NCBI GenBank assembly: GCA_963770765.1
Contig: CAVYQS010000012.1
Coordinates: 144,404 to 208,403 of the forward strand
DNA: 64,000 nucleotides
Reading direction: 5' to 3'
From: an uncultured Actinomycetes bacterium
GTDB lineage: Bacteria > Actinomycetota > Coriobacteriia > Anaerosomatales > PHET01
Shown here: one piece after another, positions 47,407-57,841 of the stretch
How the letters are laid out: every line of letters starts with the position of its first letter
How positions within the stretch are numbered: position 1 is the first letter of the stretch
The notes under the pieces: model-generated
Seen by the model: only the letters and a program-made list of their open reading frames with translations
The model's database searches: none
Told to the model about the DNA's origin: nothing
Position numbers and translations under genes: made by a program

Positions 47407-48554
47407 AGTTCCTCCTCCGCCTGTGCGAGTGGTGTGAACCGTGGTTCGTAGCCCAGCGCGTCAAGGTCGGCCGCCAGACGAGTCAGATCGCCCTCATCGG
47501 TGAGAACGAGTACGAGGAGCGCCCGATCCTCAGTCTCGTGATCGATGTCGATGCCCTCGATGTTGCATCCCGCCCTGGAGACCGCACCGGTGATCTCGGC
47601 GACCACGCCGGGGCTGTCTCCCATCGGCACGACGAGTTCCGTGAGCGCGGCGGTCGCCGGTACCCACTGAGCGGGCAGCGAACGCCGGACCTCGGCGGCA
47701 CCCGACAGCCACGCGGTGATCGCCGCGGCGTCGCGGGCGCGCACTCGAACCTCGAACTCCCGCAGCACCTCGCGCAGCTCCGAGAGGCCCGCAGCGAGCG
47801 CATCGGCGTTGTCCAGGCAGATGCCGGTCCAGAGGTCCGGCGATCCCGCGGCGATGCGGGTCGTGTCCTTGAAACCGCCTGCCGCAAGCCGCATCAGCTC
47901 TCCGCCCTCGCCGGCGTGCGCGGCGGCGAGGTCGACGAGCGCGGCCGCGGCGACATGGGGGACATGGCTCACGATGGCGACAGACTCATCGTGGGCCTTC
48001 GCGTCGACAGAGATCACCCGAGCGCCTACAGCGCTCACAAGCGCGTGCACCTGACGGTATGCCTCAGGATCGGTGTCGTCGGCGGGTGTGAGCAGCCAGT
48101 AGACTCCACCGAACAGGTCGGCCTTCGACGCGGTGACTCCACTTCGCTCGCTTCCCGCCATGGGGTGGCCGCCCACGAACCGCTCGGGGCGCGCGAGAAG
48201 TGACTTCGCCGCCGCAAGCACCGCGCTCTTCGTGGAGGCGACGTCGGTGACGACCCCATCGAAGCCGGCTGAGCCAAGCCGCGCGAGCCACTCGATCGCG
48301 AAGCGCGCGGGTGTCGCGACGACCACAAGGTCGGCACCACCGGACGCCAGCCACGAGCATGCTCCCGCCTCATCGGGCCCCGAGATCTCATCGGCGACGC
48401 CGTTCTCAAGCGCCCACGCCAGCGCATCGGGGTCTGTGTCGATGGCGAGCACGCGGGGCGGATCGGGGAGAACCTTGAGCGCACGGGCGAAAGAACCGCC
48501 GATGAGCCCGATCCCGATCACTGCGACGCGCTCGAACGCGCCCGGCGAAACCAT
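47403..48554 (-). CDS. tyrA: Prephenate dehydrogenase with ACT domain
   Basis: GIGLIGGS, GGHPMAGSE, SHVPH, GGFKDTTRIA and C-terminal ACT. Confidence 0.93.
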   Translation of the reverse strand: MVSPGAFERVAVIGIGLIGGSFARALKVLPDPPRVLAIDTDPDALAWALENGVADEISGPDEAGACSWLASGGADLVVVATPARFAIEWLARLGSAGFDGVVTDVASTKSAVLAAAKSLLARPERFVGGHPMAGSERSGVTASKADLFGGVYWLLTPADDTDPEAYRQVHALVSAVGARVISVDAKAHDESVAIVSHVPHVAAAALVDLAAAHAGEGGELMRLAAGGFKDTTRIAAGSPDLWTGICLDNADALAAGLSELREVLREFEVRVRARDAAAITAWLSGAAEVRRSLPAQWVPATAALTELVVPMGDSPGVVAEITGAVSRAGCNIEGIDIDHETEDRALLVLVLTDEGDLTRLAADLDALGYEPRFTPLAQAEEEL

Positions 48555-48737
48555 CTACGACACCTCCAAGTGCTTGATCTCGGTACCGAAGAAGCGCGCG
48601 GTCGAGTCCATCGGGCCGGCGACCACCGCCGGCGAGAGCGAGTGCGACAGCCGCGCTTCGACTCCCGCATCCTGCAACAGTGCGACAACGTGGTCGATAT
48701 CGGGCCGGGACGTGTGGTCCCGCATGACTCCCAACAT
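48555..48737 (-). pseudogene. 60-aa remnant resembling the N-terminal regulatory domain of type I-beta DAHP synthase
   Basis: Strong RBS GAGGAG. MLGVMRDHTSRPDIDHVVALLQDAGVEARLSH resembles the 'MIIVM......I..V...L...G...H.S' start of AroF. Sits between hisC and tyrA. Confidence 0.55.
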
Positions 48738-48810
48738 GGTCGCTCTCTCCTCGCGTATGCAGCGTCGCGACTGCGGACCGATCGGCCGCGGCGCGGCCGC
48801 CTCGCGCTGG

Positions 48811-49912
48811 CTACAGCGAGCCGAGTGAAGCGACGGCCGCCTCGAACGCAGCGATCGTCGCCCTCGTGTCCTCAGGAGTACCGATACCCACCCGCAACGC
48901 CGGCGCAGTGCCGAAGTCCCGGACGATTATCCCGTGAGACAGCAGGGTCTCGAAGACTTCGACCGGCTTCTCCGTCAGCATGTAGACGAAGTTCGTCTCT
49001 GACGGCACGTATGAGATGCCGAGCCGGTCGAAGCACTCGTACAGATACGCCTTCTGTTCCTGGTTCTTGCGGCGGCGACGCTCAACCTCGGCCTCGTTCG
49101 ACCAAGGAGTAGTACGCACCGACCTGGGCGACGGTATTGACGTTGAACGGTTCGCGGACCTTGTTGATCGCGGCGACCATCGCAGGCGGGAAGACACCGT
49201 AGCCGACACGAAGCCCGGCCAGCGAGTAGATCTTCGAGAAGGTTCGCAGCACGCCAAGCGGCCTCGCACCGTCGAACCATTCGAGCGCGTCGGGGTAGAG
49301 CCCGCTCGTGACGTATTCGAAGTACGCTTCGTCGACGACCACGAGCACGTGTTCAGGAACGGCGCTCATGAACCGCGCGAATGCCTCGCGCTCGTAGATG
49401 GTGCCGGTCGGATTGTTGGGGTTGCACAGGAATACGATGCGCGTGCGCTCCGTGATGGCCGCCAACATCGCATCGAGGTCGTGCACGTGGCCGGGGGCCA
49501 AAGGCACCTTCACTGCAGTGGCGCCGGTGAGTTGCGCCACCATGGGGTAGACCACGAAGCTGGGCCAGGCGAACACGACCTCATCACCCGGGCGCAGAAC
49601 CGCCTGCGCGACGAGACGGATGAGCTCGTTACTGCCGTTGCCGACGACCACGTTCTCGGCCGAGACCCCAAGCGACGCCGCGAGCCGGTCCTTGAGCACA
49701 CGAGCGGCTCCGTCGGGATAGACGTTGAGGCGAGACAGAACCGCGTGCATCGCCTCAAGGGCCTCGGGGAACGGCCCGTACGGATTCTCGTTGCTGGAGA
49801 GCTTGCGGATGACGTCGTGTCCGCTGCGCTCGCGGACCTCAGACGCACGCAGACCCGGTGCGTACGGCACCATCGGCGCGACTTCTTCTCGGATGAGGGT
49901 GTCCCAGTCCAA
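48811..49912 (-). CDS. hisC: Histidinol-phosphate/aromatic aminotransferase (frameshift at ~49097, probably an error)
   Basis: KLSSNENP, NPNNPTG, DEAY and RTFSKIYSLAGLRVG; the C-terminus (SETNF...LRVGIG) is in a second frame. Confidence 0.9.
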
Positions 49913-50036
49913 CGTAGGCCTTTCGCATAGATCGCGTCACATGAGTCTGTGGTCGACTCCTGGTGTGCCGACGATTGTGGCTCATGAGAACGGGACGTAC
50001 AAGGGGCGGCGCGGCCGAGCGGCCGGGAGCGTACGG

Positions 50037-50315
50037 CTAGAAGAGAGAGTCGTCGGGCGCCCCGAACACCGCTGCGACAGCGGCGTCCTCGACGCCTTCG
50101 ATCTCGACGGTCTTGACCCGTGCCGAGTGACCCCTGACCACGCGCACTCGGGACTTGGGAACGCCGAGAGCGGCCGCGAGGGTCCGCTCCACCGACGCGT
50201 TCGCCTTACCCCCCTCGGGCGCGGCGGTCACCTTCACTCGGAGCTCGGAGCCACGCCAGCCGGCAACCTCGTCCTTGCCCGACTTCGGCGTGACATGCAC
50301 GACGATACGGGCCAC
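50037..50315 (-). CDS. DUF167/YggU-family protein
   Basis: VHVTP...VKVTAAPEGGKAN...G.SARVK. Confidence 0.9.
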   Translation of the reverse strand: MARIVVHVTPKSGKDEVAGWRGSELRVKVTAAPEGGKANASVERTLAAALGVPKSRVRVVRGHSARVKTVEIEGVEDAAVAAVFGAPDDSLF

Positions 50316-50320
50316 CTGCG

Positions 50321-51133
50321 TCAGTCGATCTCCTCGATGTCCATGTCGTCCTCACGCTCTCCCAGATGACGCAGTCCCGGTAGCGTGAACTCCGACGGTT
50401 CCACGAGCTTGACATCTTCAGGGATGTCCGGTGAATCGACCTCTCCGAGCGTGACCGACTGAACGAAGCCGGCAGCGGGCGGCTCGTTCTCGTAGGCAGC
50501 CACTATCGGTGCCGCCGGGGTCTCGTGCTCGATGCGGGCCGCCGGTTCTGGAGCGGTGACCGGTTCAACCGGCACGAACGGTTCCGGGGACACGAACATG
50601 GGCGCCACGGGCGGCTCTGTCGCGCGTACGACGACATCTCCCTCGACGCCCTCACCGGTCTCGCCCAAGAGGACCTGCACGTCGTCGGGCAAGGCCACCT
50701 CGGAGATCGAACGCTGGTGCTCGTCGAGAACGGCCTTGAACCTGGCGCGGAACTCCTCTTCGGCCTGCTTGATGCGCACGAGTTCTGAAGTCACTTGCTG
50801 CTTGCGCGCGAGCGCGTTGTGGATGATCTCCTTGGCCTTGATCTCGGCATCTCGCACAACGGAGTCAGCCTCGGCGCGCGCCTTGTTGCGCATGTCCTCG
50901 CCGGCCGTCTGAGCGGAGATTATCGCGTTGTTGACCGCGCTCTCCTTGATCTCGAAGTCGCGGATGCGCGTAGTGGCCGTCTGAAGCTGCTCGCTCAGAT
51001 CGATGTTCTCCTTCAGAAGCCGCTCGAACTCATCAGCGACCTCATCGAGGAACTTGTCGACCTCTTCTTCGGCGTATCCGCGCAGGGAGTGCCTGAACTC
51101 CTTGTGGTGGATGTCGAGTGAGGTGAGCTTCAT
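50321..51133 (-). CDS. divIVA: DivIVA-domain protein
   Basis: LTSLDIHHKEF..SLRGY...EVD.FLD followed by a coiled coil. Confidence 0.92.
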   Translation of the reverse strand: MKLTSLDIHHKEFRHSLRGYAEEEVDKFLDEVADEFERLLKENIDLSEQLQTATTRIRDFEIKESAVNNAIISAQTAGEDMRNKARAEADSVVRDAEIKAKEIIHNALARKQQVTSELVRIKQAEEEFRARFKAVLDEHQRSISEVALPDDVQVLLGETGEGVEGDVVVRATEPPVAPMFVSPEPFVPVEPVTAPEPAARIEHETPAAPIVAAYENEPPAAGFVQSVTLGEVDSPDIPEDVKLVEPSEFTLPGLRHLGEREDDMDIEEID

Positions 51134-51165
51134 CGGGAATTCCTTCTTTCAGCAGCGGCGACGTT

Positions 51166-51411
51166 TCAGAGCACACTGAACAGCAGACGACTGAGTACGT
51201 TCAGCACCAGTATCGCCACGATCGGCGAGATATCAAGCGCCCCCATCGGTGGGATGATGCGCCTGAACAGGCTGAGATAGGGCTCGCAGATCGATCCGAG
51301 AACCCCATGGAGGTCGGCGAACACACCCTTCATGGGGAACCAGGACAGAAGAACGTAGGCGATTATCAGGAACACATAGAACTGGATGATCGTGTTGAGG
51401 ATCCCGGCCAT
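51166..51411 (-). CDS. yggT: YggT-family membrane protein
   Basis: LLSWFP...EPYL..FRRIIP..G.LDISPIVA. Confidence 0.92.
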   Translation of the reverse strand: MAGILNTIIQFYVFLIIAYVLLSWFPMKGVFADLHGVLGSICEPYLSLFRRIIPPMGALDISPIVAILVLNVLSRLLFSVL

Positions 51412-51413
51412 AC

Positions 51414-52235
51414 CTAGGCCCCCAGCTCTCGCGCGCGATGAACCGCTTTCGATACAGCTTTGGCGAACGCCGCTCTGACACCTTTGGCCTCAAGCGCGTT
51501 GATGGCGGCGATCGTAGTGCCTCCGGGACTCGCGACACCGTCGATGAGCTCCTCGGGGTGCATCCCCGTCTGCTCGAGCATGCGGGCGGTACCGAGCATC
51601 GTCTGGACGGCCAGCTCCTGCGCGGTATCGCGCGCAAGCCCTTCAGCCACGCCGGCGCGCGCGAGCGCATCGATCACCAGCGCGAAGTACGCCGGTCCCG
51701 AACCCGAGATCGCCGTGCCGGCATCTTGGTGGCGCTCCTCGATCACGATGGACCGCCCGATCGCCGAGAACAGATCCGCGGCGCTGCCCACATCTTCCTG
51801 TGAAGCCTCCGAACCGCCGCTCACGAGTGCCATTCCCTCCCCGACGAGCGCCGGCGTGTTGGGCATGACGCGTACGACTCGGGAACCCTCGGGCAGCAGC
51901 GATTCGATACGGGCACACGTGATTCCCGCGGCGATCGATATCACCACTGCATCGCCCACGTGATCGGACAGCTCCCGGACGACCGAATCCATGACCTGGG
52001 GCTTGACCGCGAGCAACACGGCGGTCGCCCCGGCGAGCGCCTCGACCCCCGAGGGGACCGCGCTCACGCCAAGCGCGCCGGCAAGCTCGGCCCTCCGCTG
52101 CGCGACGGGCTCAGCCACGACCACCTGGTCGGCGGTGAGAGCACCGGCGCCCAAGAGGCCGGCGACGATCGCCTCACCCATCCGGCCGCCGCCGATCACC
52201 GCCAGCGTGCCGTCGAAGCGGTACGTGCCACTCAT
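51414..52235 (-). CDS. proC: Pyrroline-5-carboxylate reductase
   Basis: IGGGRMG, AVKPQ, RVMPNTP, SGSGPAY and SPGGTT. Confidence 0.96.
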   Translation of the reverse strand: MSGTYRFDGTLAVIGGGRMGEAIVAGLLGAGALTADQVVVAEPVAQRRAELAGALGVSAVPSGVEALAGATAVLLAVKPQVMDSVVRELSDHVGDAVVISIAAGITCARIESLLPEGSRVVRVMPNTPALVGEGMALVSGGSEASQEDVGSAADLFSAIGRSIVIEERHQDAGTAISGSGPAYFALVIDALARAGVAEGLARDTAQELAVQTMLGTARMLEQTGMHPEELIDGVASPGGTTIAAINALEAKGVRAAFAKAVSKAVHRARELGA

Positions 52236-52263
52236 CGAGATCTCCTTGGCCGGCGCATGAACG

Positions 52264-52837
52264 TCAGTCACCGTAGAACATGCTGCCGCCCTGGAGCCGG
52301 CGCCTGTCGGCATCTGAGACCTCAACGTTGTGCGGCGTGAGCATGAAGACCTTCTCGGAGACCTTCTGCAGCCCGCCATCGAGCCCGTAGGTGAGTCCCG
52401 AGGCGAAGTCCAAGAGACGTTTGGCCAGATCGGGCTTGGTGAGCGTCAGATTCAAGATCACCGGCGTGCCTTGTTTGAACTTGTCGCCGATGGACTGCGC
52501 CTCGGCGTAGCTCTTGGGCTCGACGATGTGCATCTTGACCTGAGGAGACACCGATGAGACCGACGCTGCGCCCGTGGGGACGCTGTGGAGCGGCGCGTTG
52601 TGCGACGCACTGCGCACACGGCTCATGTCCGGACCGCGGTCGACCCTGCGGACCGCGTTGGCGTTGGCGCCGGAGTCGTACGGAGAGTGATCGGCTCGGA
52701 CGCCGCGAAGACGGAGCATAGTCGTCCTCGAACTCGTCGGGCTCGTCGGCGAGGTACTCCTCGTCCTCGTAGTAGCCCTCTTCATCCCACTCGTCTTCGA
52801 GTCCCAAGCGGACCTTCACGCGATGCCAGAGTCCCAC
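52264..52837 (-). CDS. sepF: Cell division protein SepF (frameshift at ~52690, probably an error)
   Basis: Amphipathic and acidic N-terminus in ORF 52322-52837; 'EPKSY.EAQ.IG...VILNL...RLLDFASG' core in ORF 52264-52785. Confidence 0.9.
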
Positions 52838-52861
52838 CGACGTCTCTCCCTCTCGATGGCG

Positions 52862-53539
52862 TCACCTGCCGAAGATCGCCCCACCCACCCGCACGATGGT
52901 GGCACCCTCTTCGACGGCCACGCGGTAGTCGTTCGACATGCCCATTGAGAGCTCGTTCAACTCTACACCATTGAGCGGCATCTCCTTGAGGGAGTCGCGC
53001 AGTTCTTTCAGTTCGCGAAACACCCACCGAGCGTCCTGCGGACGCCCCAGCGGGGCCATCGTCATCAAACCCCGCACCAGCACGTTTCCGGCCGCCGACG
53101 ACTCGATGAGGGCCTCTCGCACCTCATGCGGCGCGAACCCGTGCTTCGACTCCTCGCCACTCACGTTGACCTGAAGAAGGACGGGCTGTACGACACCGGC
53201 CGCAGCCGACCGTTTGGATATCTCCTCTATCAGACGACACGAGTCGACGCTGTGGATCAGACGCGCCCGTCCCACGACGTCTTTGACCTTGTTGGTCTGG
53301 AGCGTGCCGATGAAGTGCCAGTGAGCCGTCGGGAACAACCCATACTTGCCCAAGAACTCCTGGACACGGTTCTCCCCGAAGTCGTCGATGCCGGCGGCAA
53401 GCGCCTGACGGATCTCCTCGATCCCGACGGTCTTGGTCACCGCCACGATCGTGACGTCGGCAGGATCCCTCCCTGCCACGTCCGCTGCGTCGACCACATG
53501 CCGCCGGACCGCTTCATAGCGGGCGGCGACTGCAGCCAT
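52862..53539 (-). CDS. yggS: PLP homeostasis protein YggS
   Basis: VAVTKT, FGENRVQE, WHFIG.LQTNK and LSMGMS.D. Confidence 0.96.
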   Translation of the reverse strand: MAAVAARYEAVRRHVVDAADVAGRDPADVTIVAVTKTVGIEEIRQALAAGIDDFGENRVQEFLGKYGLFPTAHWHFIGTLQTNKVKDVVGRARLIHSVDSCRLIEEISKRSAAAGVVQPVLLQVNVSGEESKHGFAPHEVREALIESSAAGNVLVRGLMTMAPLGRPQDARWVFRELKELRDSLKEMPLNGVELNELSMGMSNDYRVAVEEGATIVRVGGAIFGR

Positions 53540-53543
53540 ATCC

Positions 53544-54218
53544 TCAAGCCTCCTTGGTCGCGGTCGGGTTGTCCCCCGGCCAGTCCCGCTCCCCTGTGAT
53601 CAGGTAGGCGATGCGCTCGCCGATATCGACCGCATTGTCGGCGATCCTCTCGAGATAGCGACTGGCCATCACCATGGACGATGCCCACTCGATCTCCTCC
53701 TCTTCCTGCAAGCGAGCGAGCTCGCGGAAGAACTGCTTGTAGAGGTGATCGATCGGCTCATCGAGTTCGGGCAACTTGCGAGCGAGTTCGAGATCGCGCT
53801 TCTCCAGAGCCTCACGGGTCGCATCGAGCACACGATAGACGAGGTTGCCTTGAGCCTGGATCAGATCGTAGAGCGTCTGCGGACCTCGTCGGCCAGCGGT
53901 GCGGCGAGTGGCCTTGGCGATGTTGACCGAGAGGTCGGCCATCCGCTCGAGATGCATGACGATGAAGACCAGTGACTGGAGCAGCCTCAGGTCGCGGGCC
54001 ACGGGAAACTGGGTCGCGATGGTCTCGAGGACGCGCTCCTCTACACCCACGCAGCGCGTGTCGATCATGTCGTCCCCGGCGATCACTTCGTTGGCGAGGT
54101 CGACGTCGCCCGTGATGAGCGACGTGACCGCCGAGCGAGTGGTGGCACTCACCGCGGCGGCGATGTCGACGACCTCGGCATGAAGGTCCGAGAGTTCCTT
54201 GTTGAACTGTTCACGCAT
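53544..54218 (-). CDS. phoU: Phosphate signalling protein PhoU
   Basis: PVARDLR, LERMAD and LERIAD repeats. Confidence 0.95.
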   Translation of the reverse strand: MREQFNKELSDLHAEVVDIAAAVSATTRSAVTSLITGDVDLANEVIAGDDMIDTRCVGVEERVLETIATQFPVARDLRLLQSLVFIVMHLERMADLSVNIAKATRRTAGRRGPQTLYDLIQAQGNLVYRVLDATREALEKRDLELARKLPELDEPIDHLYKQFFRELARLQEEEEIEWASSMVMASRYLERIADNAVDIGERIAYLITGERDWPGDNPTATKEA

Positions 54219-54331
54219 GACTACTCCTCGGCGCCGAGAGCGTGTGCGGGTATCGCATCCAGTATAGCGCTGAGCCTCGCTGCGGTTGCGTCCTGTTTGT
54301 TACATATCGGACGACCAGACGCGCATCGTTG

Positions 54332-55159
54332 CTAGCCGAACCGCCCGGTGATGTAGTCCTCCGTGCGTTTGTCGCACGGACTGGTGAATATCTCGCTCGT
54401 TCGCCCGAACTCGACGAGCACCGCGGGCTCACCGGCGACCTCTTGCAGGAAGAACGCCGTGAACTCGCTCACGCGCGCCGCTTGCTGCATGTTGTGGGTG
54501 ACGATCACGATGGTGACCGTGTCCTTGAGCTCGGCCATCAGGTCCTCGATCTTCTGGACCGAGGTGGGGTCGATCGCGGAGCAGGGCTCATCCATCAGCA
54601 GCACCTCAGGCTGGACCGCGAGCACGCGTGCGATGCACAGACGCTGCTGCTGGCCACCCGAGAGCGTGAGTCCTCCGCGGCCCAGGATGTCCTTGACTTC
54701 CTTCCAGAGGTTGGCGCGCTTGAGCGACTCTTCGACGAGGTCGTCGAGGTCACCCTTCTTCTTCACTCCCTGGAGCCTGGGCCCGTAGGCGACGTTGTCG
54801 TAGATCGACTGCGGGAACGGGTTGGGCTGTTGGAAGATCATCCCGACTCGTCTGCGAAGATCGACCGGGTCGACTCCGGGGCCGTAGATGTCGGCGCCGT
54901 CGATGAGCATGGTGCCCTCGACGCGCGTGCCAGGGATCAGGTCGTTCATCCGGTTGATGCACCGAAGGAACGTCGACTTGCCGCAGCCCGACGGTCCGAT
55001 GAAGGCCGTGACGGCCTTGCTTGCGATATCGACCGAGATACCCGTGAGCGCGTTGAAGTCGCCGTACCAGAAGCTCAGATTCTGCACGTGGACCTTCACG
55101 CCTCCGGAAGACGGGTGCACGTGGTGGTGATGGGCGACTGGGGGCTGGACGGGGGTCAT
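54332..55159 (-). CDS. pstB: Phosphate ABC transporter ATPase
   Basis: [22 protein letters not shown] and [10 protein letters not shown]. Confidence 0.96.
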   Translation of the reverse strand: MTPVQPPVAHHHHVHPSSGGVKVHVQNLSFWYGDFNALTGISVDIASKAVTAFIGPSGCGKSTFLRCINRMNDLIPGTRVEGTMLIDGADIYGPGVDPVDLRRRVGMIFQQPNPFPQSIYDNVAYGPRLQGVKKKGDLDDLVEESLKRANLWKEVKDILGRGGLTLSGGQQQRLCIARVLAVQPEVLLMDEPCSAIDPTSVQKIEDLMAELKDTVTIVIVTHNMQQAARVSEFTAFFLQEVAGEPAVLVEFGRTSEIFTSPCDKRTEDYITGRFG

Positions 55160-55166
55160 GGGATGT

Positions 55167-55991
55167 CTACACCTTCCGGTATCGCTTGAGGATCCAGCGA
55201 GCGCTCAGGTTGAACGCCAGGATCATGATCATGAGCAGGAGCGCGGTGCCGTAGGCGGCCGGGATGTTGATTCCCTCTACCGCGAGCAGGTACAGGTGGA
55301 TGGTCATCGGCCGGCCCGAGTCCAGAGGCGAAGTCGGGATGTTGATCGCCTGACCCATCGTGTAGAAGACCACCGCCGTCTCGCCCACCGCGCGTCCGGT
55401 GGCGAGCACGATGCCCGTTATTATGCGCGGCGCGGCGGCCGGGAGAACGACTCGGCTGACCGTCTGCCACTTGGTAGCACCCATCCCATAGCTGCCCCAA
55501 CGGATGTAGCGGGGCACCGCTCGAATCGCCTCTTCGGTGGCTCGCATGACGATAGGAAGCATCAGCAGGGACAGTGCAAGGGATGCCGAGAGCATCGACA
55601 GGCCGATCCCCATCGCCTCAACGAACAACGCGAAACCGAACAGGCCCATGACGATCGACGGTACGCTGGCCAGTGAGTCGGCCGCGAAGCGGATGGTCGC
55701 TACCGTCTTGCCCTGATGCGCGTACTCCGCCAGGTAGACGGCGGCGAGCACCGCGATCGGCGTGCAGATCAGCATCGAGAGCGCGGTCACGTAGAGGGTC
55801 GCGACGATCGTGGGACCGATGCCCCCCTCAGCGTTCACTCCGTGCGGCGCCGTGAAGATGAACTCGGGCGAGAGCACCCTGATGCCGTTGACGAAGACGT
55901 ACAGGATGATCGCGCTCAGGACTGCGACGGTGATTCCGGCGGCGATCCACAGAACGCCAACGGCGATGTTGTTTGTCACCCGCTTGTCCAT
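55167..55991 (-). CDS. pstA: Phosphate ABC permease
   Basis: [17 protein letters not shown] and GRAVGETA. Confidence 0.94.
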   Translation of the reverse strand: MDKRVTNNIAVGVLWIAAGITVAVLSAIILYVFVNGIRVLSPEFIFTAPHGVNAEGGIGPTIVATLYVTALSMLICTPIAVLAAVYLAEYAHQGKTVATIRFAADSLASVPSIVMGLFGFALFVEAMGIGLSMLSASLALSLLMLPIVMRATEEAIRAVPRYIRWGSYGMGATKWQTVSRVVLPAAAPRIITGIVLATGRAVGETAVVFYTMGQAINIPTSPLDSGRPMTIHLYLLAVEGINIPAAYGTALLLMIMILAFNLSARWILKRYRKV

Positions 55992-55994
55992 CGC

Positions 55995-56900
55995 CTAGTC
56001 CCTCAGCCTTGAGAGCAAGCGGACGGACAGGACGAGCGCCATCGAGATCAGGAACAGTATGGCCGCCATACCGAACAGCGCCGTGCGGTGCACGCCGGTC
56101 GAATAGCCCATGTCCATGACGATCTGGCTGGTGAGAGTCGCCATCGGCTCACCGACTCCGGCGAAGAACTGCGGCGCTCCGCCAACAAGCATCAGCACCG
56201 CCATGGTTTCGCCCACCGCACGCCCCATGCCCAGGATCACCGCGTCGACGATGCCGATCTTGGCGGCAGGCACGACGACCTTGTAGATCGTCTGCCACTG
56301 GGTGGCCCCCATCGCGAAACTGGCCTCCCTGATACCCATGGGAATCGACTGCAGCGCATCCTCGGACAGCGCAGCGATCGTCGGCACGATCATGATCGCC
56401 AGGATGATCCACGTGGTGAGCGGACCGAAACCGATACCCCCCGTGAGTTCACCGATGATCGGTCGAAGCATCACGACGCCGAAGAACCCGTAGACGACCG
56501 AAGGAATCCCGGCGAGCAACTCGACCGCGGGACGTACGACCGACCTGATGCGCGGCGAGGCTATCTCTGAAAGGAACACCGCGGTCCCAACCGCGAGCGG
56601 AGTCCCGATCGCCAGCGCGCCCAAGGTGATGATGAACGACCCTTGGATGAGCGTGCGAATCCCGTACTCACCGTCGGATGGCGCCCACACGGTGCCGGTC
56701 AGGAACGCGCCGAGCCCCACTTCATACGTGATCGGCCACGCCTTCCAGCCGACGAAACCGAAGATGAGAGCCACCGCGAGGACCGCGACGAAAGCACACG
56801 CGAAGAAGATGGCCGCAAGAAGCCACTCTCGTATCTGAGTCTCGCGGGAGACGAGGGTGAGCTCGCCTGCGGCAGGCCTGGCGCCATCGGGGGGCGTCAC
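55995..56900 (-). CDS. pstC: Phosphate ABC permease
   Basis: ELLAGIPSVVYG and GRAVGETMAV. Confidence 0.94.
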   Translation of the reverse strand: MTPPDGARPAAGELTLVSRETQIREWLLAAIFFACAFVAVLAVALIFGFVGWKAWPITYEVGLGAFLTGTVWAPSDGEYGIRTLIQGSFIITLGALAIGTPLAVGTAVFLSEIASPRIRSVVRPAVELLAGIPSVVYGFFGVVMLRPIIGELTGGIGFGPLTTWIILAIMIVPTIAALSEDALQSIPMGIREASFAMGATQWQTIYKVVVPAAKIGIVDAVILGMGRAVGETMAVLMLVGGAPQFFAGVGEPMATLTSQIVMDMGYSTGVHRTALFGMAAILFLISMALVLSVRLLSRLRD

Positions 56901-57841
56901 TGGCCGTTCCTCTCACTCACGGGGACGAAGCCGGCGTCGACGACGACTCCATTCTGAACGTCGTCGGACAGCACGTACTCGATGTATCGGGCGGACAGCC
57001 CGCCGGCGGCCCCTTTCGTGAAGAAATGCAGTGTGCGCGCGATGGGGTACTCCTGAGACGCCACTGTCTGTTCCGTCGCCGCCACTCCATCGACCGTGAC
57101 CGACTTGACCGTCCTCGCGTCGAAACGGGGCTCGACGAAGCCGACACTGATGTAGCCGATGGCTCCCTCAGACCGCGACACGACGTCACGGACCTGTCCG
57201 GTGCCCGGCAGAACGACCGCCGAACGGTCGAACTTCGCATCGTCGCCCATGACGATCTTCTTGAACGCCTCGCGTGTGCCCGAGGCCTCATCACGGTTCA
57301 CCAGATCGATCTCACGATCCTCGCCGCCGACTTCGCGCCAGTTCGTGATCTCCCCCGCGTAGATCGCCCGCAGCTGATCGCTGGTGAGTCCGTCGACGGG
57401 GTTGCCGGGGTTCACGATCACCGCGATGCCGTCGAACGCGACCGGGATGTCGACCAGCTCGAGGCTCTCCTCTTCGTCTTTGAGGTCGCGTGACGAAGTC
57501 CCGATGTCACTCGTGCCGGCGGCCACAGCCTCGATTCCGGCAGACGACCCCAACCCTGAGACGAGGACGCTTGTGCCCGGGTTGTCCTCTTGGAAGCTCT
57601 CGGCGGCTTGCTCGGCGATCGGGAGAATGGTGGTGGAACCGGTCACGATCACCTGCGTTTCGCTCCCCTGGTCCCGCTCGCATCCCGATACCGCGAACAT
57701 GCTCAAGCCGAGCAGCGCGATCGCTACGAGGGAATGCAGACGAGCGCGCCGTGGCGGCCCGTGAGGCCGGCCTCGGCGCGATACGAGAAGAACCGATCGG
57801 TCGTCTCGGCTGTGCAGGTTCCGAGACTGGCGATATTGCAC
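56897..57841 (-). CDS. pstS: Phosphate-binding lipoprotein
   Basis: Lipobox VSGC, GSTT, GSSAG, SSR and SGTR. GTG 57841 has AGGAG 7 nt upstream and overlaps the pgeF 3' end. Confidence 0.9.
   Translation of the reverse strand: MQYRQSRNLHSRDDRSVLLVSRRGRPHGPPRRARLHSLVAIALLGLSMFAVSGCERDQGSETQVIVTGSTTILPIAEQAAESFQEDNPGTSVLVSGLGSSAGIEAVAAGTSDIGTSSRDLKDEEESLELVDIPVAFDGIAVIVNPGNPVDGLTSDQLRAIYAGEITNWREVGGEDREIDLVNRDEASGTREAFKKIVMGDDAKFDRSAVVLPGTGQVRDVVSRSEGAIGYISVGFVEPRFDARTVKSVTVDGVAATEQTVASQEYPIARTLHFFTKGAAGGLSARYIEYVLSDDVQNGVVVDAGFVPVSERNGQ

Noticed and set aside
55120-55159. His patch (HHHHVH) at the PstB N-terminus as a metal sensor
   Set aside because: It is very short, lies in a variable extension and has no supporting context.
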